A stretch of 64,000 nucleotides of DNA from assembly GCA_002633005.1 (NCBI GenBank), contig NMRA01000033.1:258397-322396 (forward strand), read 5' to 3'. Every line of letters begins with the position of its first letter. The stretch's first letter is position 1. The DNA is from Phoronis australis (Eukaryota; Animalia; Phoronida). The translations under genes were made by a program, and so were the position numbers. This document shows positions 53,784-64,000 of the stretch, piece after piece. The notes beneath the pieces were generated by a model that worked only from the letters and a program-made list of their open reading frames with translations, made no database searches and was not told the origin of the DNA.

Positions 53784-55656
53784 TTGTAGTGAGCCTACGG
53801 CAGTTGAANNNNNNNNNNNNNNNNNNNNNNNNNNNNNNNNNNNNNNNNNNNNNNNNNNNNNNNNNNNNNNNNNNNNNNNNNNNNNNNNNNNNNNNNNNNN
53901 NNNNNNNNNNNNNNNNNNNNNNNNNNNNNNNNNNNNNNNNNNNNNNNNNNNNNNNNNNNNNNNNNNNNNNNNNNNNNNNNNNNNNNNNNNNNNNNNNNNN
54001 NNNNNNNNNNNNNNNNNNNNNNNNNNNNNNNNNNNNNNNNNNNNNNNNNNNNNNNNNNNNNNNNNNNNNNNNNNNNNNNNNNNNNNNNNNNNNNNNNNNN
54101 NNNNNNNNNNNNNNNNNNNNNNNNNNNNNNNNNNNNNNNNNNNNNNNNNNNNNNNNNNNNNNNNNNNNNNNNNNNNNNNNNNNNNNNNNNNNNNNNNNNN
54201 NNNNNNNNNNNNNNNNNNNNNNNNNNNNNNNNNNNNNNNNNNNNNNNNNNNNNNNNNNNNNNNNNNNNNNNNNNNNNNNNNNNNNNNNNNNNNNNNNNNN
54301 NNNNNNNNNNNNNNNNNNNNNNNNNNNNNNNNNNNNNNNNNNNNNNNNNNNNNNNNNNNNNNNNNNNNCCCCCCCCAAACTGGCCTAAAAGGGCTGCAAC
54401 AGCGATGTCAATTTGCTTGGTATCAGTCGTGTTTAGTCACATACTTGTGCTTGATCAGCTGTTCCATGTCAACTGCACCTTGTGTAAATGTGGCTTCAAT
54501 CAGTTTTGAAGGTGTAACTTCAACCAGAGCTAATGGGGCTTTAAAAAAATACAAAAATTTTATGCTGTCAGTGTTGAATTAACGTTTCATTTGTTTATCC
54601 AGTTCAGTTGATTTTTTGAAGTATCTTCGACAGAACTTAAGACTTTTTACATACTTATGAAAAATCACTGAGAAAAATCAACTGAAGCAGAAAGTGACTT
54701 AGATACATTATAGACAACTTGCTACTTTCAAAAATCAAATCCTCCATTCAACTACCACATCTCCACACCAAGTAAATGAAAGACATGTACCAAACCTAAT
54801 AAAACAAGCCAGTCTCTACAGTAAAACATTCATTAATCTTATTTGAATTATACAGTGCCATCTATTGGGTAGGTTTTTAAACCCCTCTTCCATATTCATT
54901 GAGATTTCATGGCAAATCATCACGTTATTTGTAGTACACAATTTATCCAATAGGTGTCTGTACATGTATCATAACAACAAGCACAAGGCAAGAATTCCAA
55001 CAGCAGGATATCGAGGAGTTGATCGTCTTTTATAAGTTTTTACATTATTAATTTGTCAACAAAATATTTTCAAATAAACTCTTAAAAGTGAAGAAAATCT
55101 GTTTCATTGCAGGTGCATAACAAGCCGTGACTAATATAAATTTTACAGGGGCCAATCTATGTGAAAACCATGTTTCCAAAAAGGAACCACTTATACAGCA
55201 CCTACAAAAGTCCAACAAGCAAACTAACTGCTAAAAATTGTCTCAGATGGGAAGAATTTCTAGCATTCCAAAAAACTGACACTGACTAAAGTATACATAA
55301 AATGACATGTTATGACAAGCCAAGTCACAAGCAATAGCAACTTTGTCAATTCTTCCCAAGCCTTAGGATTGAAATTTGACTAAGAAGCAATTGGAGACCA
55401 ATTCCTTGACTCTTAAGCTGGGTTTACACTGAGAGACAGCTGTCCGGGAGCAACTTAACATGGAACAGCTGATCAGGAGCAAGTGTATGTGTGAGTATGA
55501 ACATGACATGAGCAAGTGGCGGCCATTTTTGACACGGGTTCGAGAGGTATAGTTTGTTGCACTTGATCAGTTGCTCCAAATTCAACTACACGTCTAAACA
55601 CAACAGGGGCAGGGCGGAAAGGGGTAATCTTTCAATGTGCTTGAGCAATAGTATAG

Positions 55657-55665
55657 ACACACTCA

Positions 55666-55711
<46 letters not shown>

Positions 55712-55726
55712 CACACACACACACAC
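55657..55726. repeat. (CA)n microsatellite (equivalent of the gapped run at 52324-52762)
   Basis: CA run. Confidence 0.95.
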
Positions 55727-56229
55727 GTGCATTTCATGTGGTTTGGGCATTTGCTACTGTTTATGCATGCATGCCCTGACAGTTTAAATGATTAAAGGCT
55801 GGTTTATAGCTGCTTTGAGCATTGCAGATATAAGAATCAAAAGCTAATACATAATAATGATAAAAACAAGATTTGCTTAGCAGGAAAAACATGCTGAATA
55901 CATGCGTCTCTGGCTTGGGGTATGGATAATTTTAGGATCACATGTCCTGAACACATCCACTACCACAAGAAACTAGAGGAACACAGCATTTATCCACCTT
56001 CAGTCTAAAAGGCTTCTATTGTGAGTCAGCATGCGTGAATAATTGGCTGATAAGCCACCTATGGAACTACTTTTGGCTGAATGGATGACCAGGCCGTAAA
56101 ATGATAATTAGCCAAGACCTTGCTGCATGGAACAGTTAAATACCTTCATGGCAATTTTGAAAGTGTGGGCATCTTCTGCTAGTCTATCGCCAAAAGTGTT
56201 TTAAAAAAACTTGGTTTACCTTGTTAAAT

Positions 56230-56830
56230 TACGATCATTTTTCAAAAAAATGTGCAGAAATCCCAGGGCGAAAACTTGCCGACTGATACGTTAATGAATC
56301 GCGATCGTTGATAGGAAAACTTGATTTCTTGAATGAAAACACAGTTTCGACTCAACAAATTACCTGAAATCCTCCTTGTGTTTTACAATTTTTAAAGTTC
56401 ATGTGGAGTCCAGATTAATTGCGATTAAGTCCAAATGTGCGCTACATCGTACCCCACAACACAAGAAAAATCTCTGGGTGAACACAATGTTGTTGTCACG
56501 TGACGTTTGTTTTGAAGTTCGTCAGTGTATGAGAGTGAGTGAGCGAGCGCGTGCGGGTCATCGACAACAGACTTTGTTACAAAAGGCGGAGGATTATGCA
56601 AGAAACTGGCGTTTATTAGATTGTTTTTCGCTTAAACGGCTGCAATGTGCAAGGTGAGAGCTGGTTAACTCACACATGTTGTGTGCACAGGCTGACGGTC
56701 GTTAGCTCAACCATGGAGTATAACATTAATAATCCTAGGCTCGATTTAGGCTCTACATGGGTGACGAGCTGAGCTATTCGGGCTGTGTGAAATTTCTGGG
56801 TCTAATGGAGACACTGACGCAGTGGTACCT
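56230..56830 (-). promoter_or_regulatory. Candidate promoter or non-coding first exon
   Basis: Locally CpG-rich. Palindromic E-box GTCACGTGAC at 56495-56504, and a minus-strand donor CAG|gtaatt at 56364/56363. Confidence 0.3.
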
Positions 56831-57078
56831 ATAGTTAGCTAGCTCACTGTATCAAGACTATCGTCAAAATCCAAATTCATTTTATCGTGTCCGTTAATAA
56901 TAACGGCATGCTAAACTTTCTTAATGTTCATACTTCAGGAACATAACAATCACGTGTTTTGTATACATATGCGCACGCTGCAGATCACATCTCGGAAATT
57001 TCCGATTTGACGGATGACAATGGAATGAGCACAATGAAATTAAACGTTGTTTTACAGCTTGCAAGAGCTATAATAAAC

Positions 57079-57562
57079 ATATTTTGAATACTGCAATGCA
57101 TGTGTTCCAAAATCTAAATAACATACAGAGTACTTCTATATAATCCTAACTTGGGTCCTATATTTTTGTATTCGTGCGTGCCGAATGAAAGTAATCGTGA
57201 GTGTTGCTGTGTTGCTCAATCTCTTATTCTGGGCCGATTTGAAAAATTCAAAGTTGTAACAACATTTTTTTCTCTCCTCTTTTCAAATATTACACCCAAA
57301 ACTTTGTAAAACGCTCTCCATAAAAAATACGGTTATCTAGGCTAGATTGTAATCAGCTGATCGTATCCGCATGAGCGAAGCCAATTATCCTCGCTCGTGA
57401 CTCGATGAATAGAGCAGCTAAGCGGGATCCCTTTGATCGTGAGCTGAGCGCGTCACAGCCAAGGTGGATAAATACGGTCTAGTTCAATTGGCCAAACCCC
57501 ACCGTTTTCCCTGATCGGCGGGGTTTGGAGCAATCTTATTTAGTGGGAATGTTTATGGCATG
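57079..57562. repeat. Dispersed repeat, copy 2
   Basis: Direct copy of 47802-48257 with a ~27-bp insertion near 57122. Confidence 0.9.
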
Positions 57563-59170
57563 ACACCCAGTATCATTGGGGCATAAACCTTTTAATAACA
57601 CTGTGCTTGCTCAACTTGAGATAACTAAAGCGGATTAAAATTGTTTCGGCAATCAGTCATGCATTATTTTACTTGTAACAAGGCTAACAATATGCAATGC
57701 ACTCAGATTCCAAAACAATCTTGTTCAGACTAGATGATAAAAATCTAAACAATATCTTGGCTGCCTGCAGTTCATTTACACCTCCCTAAGTAGTCACCAA
57801 TGCTTTGAAGCTGCAAGTTGTCATGATGCACAAAAGGCTTTTAAAAAGCAAGACTTGCGTGATTTTCATTTAAAACCTCTTAAGTAGCTAAAAAGAAAAT
57901 ATTTCAAAAACTGAATAGTGTTTCTGAGATCTCATCTTTAACATTTAAATCCAATAAATCTTGGTCACGTTATTGATATCGATGTATTGCTATCTGTGCT
58001 CCTTTCTTTTTTGCTAAATTTTCTAATTTACTAAAAGGACATCGTCACGTAACCCAGTTTCCGAAAGACTGACAAAATGTAAAAAATTAAATTCTTCGGA
58101 ATTTTTACTTTCTGAAAATATGTTCTCTTTTACCGATTTAAATTATTGATTCTGACTAGAAGTGCCCACCCCCCAGAAGAGAATAAGCGCTCAACACAGC
58201 CTTAAGTGCTCTCTCTGGTGTACAAACAAGCTTAATTCAGAAAAGAAAGATACCTTTAGTTCCAGAACTAGAGAGCTAATTACTCTCACTGACGATCAGA
58301 AACGTGAAACTTCAAGAACTAATAACATGAAAAGAAAAAGCTAACAAAAATGTAGTTTTGACTGGGATGAGTAAAATGCACTTGCTGTTTACCTAGCAAT
58401 CCGTAACAAAATGTGTTGTGCATATAGACATTAGTGGAGCCATGCTGTAAGTTCAAAGACTACTTCATGAAGAATGACGCGTTTCTAATGTTTTTTGCAC
58501 GCTTATTTCCAGCTATAACCAACCTAGCAACACAGAAGCAGCACAGATTCACTTACCATTAGCGGGTGGAGTTATTTTTATGTCAACGGGTAACTTCAAT
58601 TAGTGATGCTAAAACAAACCTTTGAACTAAAACGGGATTCATTTGGCATCTTATCTGTTTCATTTTTTATCAAGTTAGAGAACAATTTAATTTTGCTTAG
58701 TACACTAACAGAAAATGAGTGACCAACGATCGACCAACAAGTGACCAACAAGTGACCAACGTATTTCTTTTTTGAACGGCTACATAAGACTGGTCAAAGG
58801 AATCCCAGTAATGCAACACTACGCCATCTTGTAAATCAAAATTTCTGAAGCTCATTTATTGTCATAGACTGAGGAATTAGCCAACACAGTTAAACCTTTA
58901 AAAACTGCTTTTACAGCACCTAGTGTTTCGTCAATAGATATGTACAATTTGGTCTGTCCTGAAGAGCCCCGTTTATTAGGGATTTTGATAACAGCTTTGA
59001 TTGTGTGATGGCTTCACAGTGGCTTAAATCAATATCTGGACTAGCCTGGTTTTAGAAATCGTTGTCCTCTGGAGTTGAAACTGAACAAGAAGTTTTTATA
59101 AAGCATTGCTAATAGGATGTGACACAAAACCAGCACCTCACCATAATGTATTTCGGCTGAAATTATAGAA

Positions 59171-62060
59171 CTGTAAACCTTCGGGTGAACGCCTACTCAC
59201 ATAAGCACCCCCCAACTTTTGAAAATTTTCGATAAGCGCCCGCCGGTGCGCTAAGCACCCCCCACCTATTGTTGAAAAATTTCAGTTGAGTGCCAACTAT
59301 TGAAGCCTGACCGCTCACCCACATTTTCACAATCAGTGAAAGGTGCGATATCAAATACAGGAACTGAAACAATTTCCTATAAATCAAATAACTGTGCAAT
59401 GATAGGCATGTTTTCTGAAATTAATTGCAATTGTGTAATACGTATTGTATGTAGGAAAACTGTGTCAAGTTTTAAAGCTGCAGTGACAAAGAAGTTGGAA
59501 CCAGTATAATTACACTCAGTCAGCAAGAGCCACTGGCAATCAAAGTCAAAATACCAAATGATTTCTCTTTTCAAAAGTACAACTTAAATGATCATGATTT
59601 TGCCCTTGCCTAGTAAATTAACATGTAGCCATAGATAATCTTATTCCTGTGTTATGTATCGATTATACATTTCATTGACAGGAGACACTTTTATTCTGTT
59701 AATAGCTCGCTAGTAAAAAGTGCCGATTGTTGGCAATCACAAGTTCACTCTATCGTGATAAGTTATTGTTTTGTAGGATGAAATACTAAAAATGCTGTGC
59801 AGATTAGTCACAGGTATGTGCCCAACCTGAAATGTGCTAAGGCTCAATTTCACCTGTTGGAGGTGCTTAAAATTTGAACATTATCCATTCAGTTAATGGC
59901 ACTATGATTGTCTTACAATGATGGACACTTAAAACAACAAAAGGTCACCACTGTCAATAGACAAGAAATTAGGTCATTGTTTTTCAAGCTTTGTCAAGTT
60001 ATAGACTACTGAAATTCACTTGAAGAGATGTATCTAACTTGAGTGATACTATTTTTATAATTAGGGTTGACAGAGTTTTTTATGTTTTGGGGATTCCCCT
60101 AAAGTAATCAAGGCATTTCAAATGAATACTGCATTGTATGAACACCGGCGATACAAAAAACTGGACATCGAACTATGACAAGTTTCGATGTACAAGTGTA
60201 CGGCTACATATTCATTTCATTACCATAAAAGTCAGCTGTTTTAATTTTGCCTAAACTCTGTTCAAAAGTCTAACATTTTTTGCACCCAATTGTTTAACGC
60301 AATTCCATCAACACATAAGTACTGCACTTACAGCTTTTAATGGTAATCCCAATGTGTTCTTGCAGGGATTGTTGTTCAGTACACCAAAACACATTTTTTG
60401 TAACCAGTTGCTATACATAGAGAATCGGTATCATTCTGCTGCCACAAGTTTGTAGTATAATACTAGCGCACTATAGAATAGTACTGGATTAGTCATTGGA
60501 GTTAGTAATATAATACTAGCAGACTATAGAATAGTACTGGATTAGTCAGCGGAGTTAGTAATATGATACTGGTAAACAATAGGATAGTACTGGATTAGTC
60601 ATTGGAGTTAGTAGTATAATACTAGTAGACTGTAGAATAGTCCTGGATTAGTCAGCGCAGTTAGTAATATAATACTGGTAAACAATAGGATAGTACTGGA
60701 TTAGTCATTGGAGTTAGTAGTATAATACTAGTAGACTAAAGGATAGTACTGGATTAGTCAGCGGAGTTAGTAATATAATAGTGGTAAACTATAGGATAGT
60801 ACTGGATTAGTCATTGGAGTTAGTAGTATAATACTAGTAGACTTTACGGTAGTGCTGGATTAGTCAGCAGAGTTAGTATAATGCTAGTAGGCTATAGAAT
60901 AGTACTGGATTATTCAGCGCAGTTAGTAATATAATACTGGTAAACTATAGGATAGTACTGGATTAGTCATTGGAGTTAGTAGTATAATACTAGTAGACTA
61001 TAGAATAGTACTGGATTAGTCAGCGCAGTTAGTAATATAATACTGGTAAACTATAGGATAGTGCTGGATTAGTCATTGGAGTTAGTAGTATAATACTAGT
61101 AGACTATAGGATAGTACTGGATTAGTCAGCGCAGTTAGTAATATAATACTGGTAAACTATAGGATAGTACTGGATTAGTGAGCAGAGTTAGTATAATACT
61201 AGTAGACTATAGGATAGTACTGGATTAGTCATTGGAGTTAGTAGTATAATACTAGTAGACTATAGAATAGTACTGGATTAGTCAGCGCAGTAAGTAATAT
61301 AATACTGGTAAACTATAGGATAGTACTGGATTAGTGAGCAGAGTTAGTATAATACTAGTAGACTATAGGATAGTACTGGATTAGTCAGTGGAGTTAGTAG
61401 CATAATACTAGCAGACTATAGGATAGTGCTGGATTAGTCAGCCGCACTTGAATCTCGCAGTATTTACTCGTAAACCTACAACTGTGCAACATCCATCAAG
61501 CAGTTCTCACGCCATCAGAGTTTCTCATGTTATTTACTGGGCCTTGCTATTCTCATAATCTTCTCAATTGCATTAACTGCATTCGACTTTCCAATGCCAA
61601 CGAAGTTTAATTACTAGTATGCGGTATGTTGCAACATTGACCACAGAAAGTTGGATAAACTTGAGAAATTACATAATCTGTGGATGCAATATTTTCCAAC
61701 ATGATTCCAAGAATCCCCTCAATATTTCTAAAACGAGGCCAGTATAACAGCACATTTCCCTACCGCCAAGACAAAATAGATTTCTATACCGGACCGTCCT
61801 ATTGATCTGTTACATTGCCAATGTCTGTGGGGACCAGAGAAAATGCTGTGCTTGAAACTATTACAACATTATGTGGACCAGCCTTCATTCTCACCAAATG
61901 GATATCAATTGCGTTTCAGACGGAAATCAACAGAAACTTACTAGCTCATTTCACAGTACCTTTTACTTCATTAATAGATTCATACAAGAGCTATTGTGAT
62001 GAAGCTGTAAAGTTGGGGATGGGCGGTTCGGTGAACATGGGTGTTATCCTGAACGTTACG
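59171..62060. mobile_element. Older Tc2/pogo-like element related to 19569-21357, enclosing the 53-bp minisatellite
   Basis: Left end CTGTAAACCTTCGGGTGAACGCC plus taagcgccc/taagcacccc motifs. Right end gggtgttatcctgaacgttacgg|ta. Confidence 0.55.
60453..61441. repeat. 53-bp minisatellite, ~19 copies, with alternating variants
   Basis: ggattagtca recurs every 53 bp (60486, 60539...). 50-bp variants are interspersed. Confidence 0.97.
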
Positions 62061-62337
62061 GTAATATCAAGAACTCTGATCCAAGATCCCTTTTGTGTGG
62101 AGCNNNNNNNNNNNNNNNNNNNNNNNNNNNNNNNNNNNNNNNNNNNNNNNNNNNNNNNNNNNNNNNNNNNNNNNNNNNNNNNNNNNNNNNNNNNNNNNNN
62201 NNNNNNNNNNNNNNNNNNNNNNNNNNNNNNNNNNNNNNNNNNNNNNNNNNNNNNNNNNNNNNNNNNNNNNNNNNNNNNNNNNNNNNNNNNNNNNNNNNNN
62301 NNNNNNNNNNNNNNNNNNNNNNNNNNNNNNNNNNNNN

Positions 62338-62596
62338 ACGATAACGCTCTTTGAAAAGTGCTACGCGCTCCGAGTAGGCCTACGACTACGTGTGTGGTGT
62401 GGGTACTTAGATCACGAGGTAAGATTAACCGCCCAGGGTGCTTGTCTGTCGTAATAAGCGCCCATGTTCGGTTAACCGCCCACCCTGGATTTTTTGAAGT
62501 TTCACGTTTAAGCGCCCATGTCTGGTTAACCGCCCACCCCCGATATTTTGGGTTTGCCAATTTAACCGCTCAGGGCGTTAACCCGAACATTTACGG
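62338..62596. mobile_element. Right end of a second copy of the 19569-21357 element (the rest is lost in the N gap 62104-62337)
   Basis: Closely matches 21139-21357 and ends ttaacccgaacatttacgg|ta. Confidence 0.9.
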
Positions 62597-62623
62597 TAAG
62601 TGTTTATAGTAGGCCTATATCAC

Positions 62624-62733
62624 AGACACACGCACAGGCACACTCATACTAACTTACACACACACAAACACACACGCACACACACACACACACGCACACA
62701 CACACACACGCACACACACACACACACACACAC
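62624..62733. repeat. (CA)n microsatellite
   Basis: Interrupted CA run. Confidence 0.95.
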
Positions 62734-64000
62734 GGCAGTAACACCCAGAACATCAGGATGCAGCTTCATTCTAGATACCAAAGGGACTCAGCAATGACCT
62801 GTGCAGTAACCTAATTGCTAGCAAAGAAACTAAACTCTAATTAGGACCAACATGAGTTATCAAACAACACCACTGGGAATAGTATTAGTCACTGATTCAT
62901 CTGAAACATGCAATATATTTCAACAACCGTGATGCTGATCTCAGGGGTAAACACAACTGCCGGAAACTTTCTGTGAAAACCTGTACTGTATAGGGTAAAA
63001 CTTCATCAATTTTGTACAAAAATGCCCTTTGTCATTTTGAAGGGCTTCTATCATGTTTGTGAATGCCCTCATTTTTTCAAAACTTTGTTGGGAGCTGTGG
63101 TTCAAAACTTGAACATGGAAAATCATTTAATTTTGCGCAGCATATGTAAATAAAAAATTAAGACTTGTTAGCCATATTGTGTCTTAAACTGGTGAGATTA
63201 TACAATAATTAACAGGAGTTAGCGAGGTGTAACGTAATCTTGCTAGCGTCAAATTGAGGTCATTAAAAAGCAAAGGCACAAAGTATAAAGCGTAACATCG
63301 TATTTGTTAGTAGTGATTTGGAGTAAGCTTAGGTTAAAATCTGAAGAAAAAATTAGCAGCTAGGCCCAATAACATTACAATACTGCTGGCAAAAGTTTCA
63401 GAATGACTTCTTTTCTACTGCAACAAATGTGTGTCAGTGTTGCTTAAAAAAATGATACTAAACCCTGTTTTGATGATTTTAGCTAATCCCTGTTCTGTCA
63501 CCTGATAATGCATCATTGGCGACCATCTTGAAAGATAAAAGCACCAATCAACTAAAAACTTTTACTTCCTATGTCACAGATTGGATATAATGGTTCTTGG
63601 TGAGGAGTCTTGCCCCCACAGTTGCTTGTAATTCGCTATAAGTGTAGGTCAGGCTTGTCAGCTCAGCAGACTTCGAAAGGAGTTTTCAAATTTTCTTCCA
63701 AATTTTTGAAGCTTGCCAAGGATTATAGAGCATTATTTTGGATCAGGGAATAGGATGGAAATGTTGTTTTTAATATCTGTTAATACGCCAAAACAAGGTT
63801 TGGCATCCTTTTAATAATAGAGGCCCGAAGTGTGTCCAAGTATGACAGCTAACAATACAAGACTGGATTGGTCAGTCAGTAAGCTGTATACCCCTTTTAA
63901 TATATCAAACAGAAGGTACTGTCATCAACTTGAAGACAGTACAGTGGTAGCAAGGCTCGTGCCGTTTCATTGATATTTCATTTTGGTGATGCAACATAAT

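Larger units (their letters stand above)
51023..56220 (+). repeat. Near-identical direct duplication, 51023-53257 vs 54369-56220, separated by an N gap
   Basis: Base-by-base collinearity with scattered SNPs and small indels. Gaps at 52334-52712 and 53809-54368. Confidence 0.95.

Noticed and set aside
60453-61441. CRISPR-like regular array
   Set aside because: There are no unique spacers and no cas genes, and the context is eukaryotic. It is a plain minisatellite. The same applies to 24427-24579 and 49890-50316.
52223-62560. Long ORFs containing X runs or HT/CV repeats
   Set aside because: They are artefacts of N gaps and CA microsatellites.

Overview
AT-rich animal genomic DNA, not prokaryotic. 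Spliceosomal introns, MITEs and microsatellites suggest a heterozygous invertebrate draft assembly (taxon is inference). The window holds the 5' half of a minus-strand Ca2+/calmodulin-dependent phosphodiesterase gene (PDE1). Two exons are unmistakable: 185..1 (RLCDEDDELSEVEPDAVPSEVRDWLASTF...KFRSVANAVRAGIMVDR) and 9475..9362 (LNHILKRLE...YASSVLETVYIDETR). Phase-compatible upstream exons lie at 11645..11486 and 12488..12423. A 2.06-kb probable first coding exon (40303..38242) begins MGHCCSK, a myristoylation/palmitoylation-type N-terminus. Several tiny alternative first exons and one microexon are candidates. The introns and upstream region are full of non-autonomous transposons (Tc2/pogo-like, Helentron/HINE-like, Kolobok-, hAT- and Harbinger-like), palindromes and minisatellites. 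One tRNA-headed SINE-like element carries a hammerhead-ribozyme-like core. A ~2-kb near-identical duplication next to N gaps is probably an uncollapsed haplotype. Most short ORFs in the track are noise.
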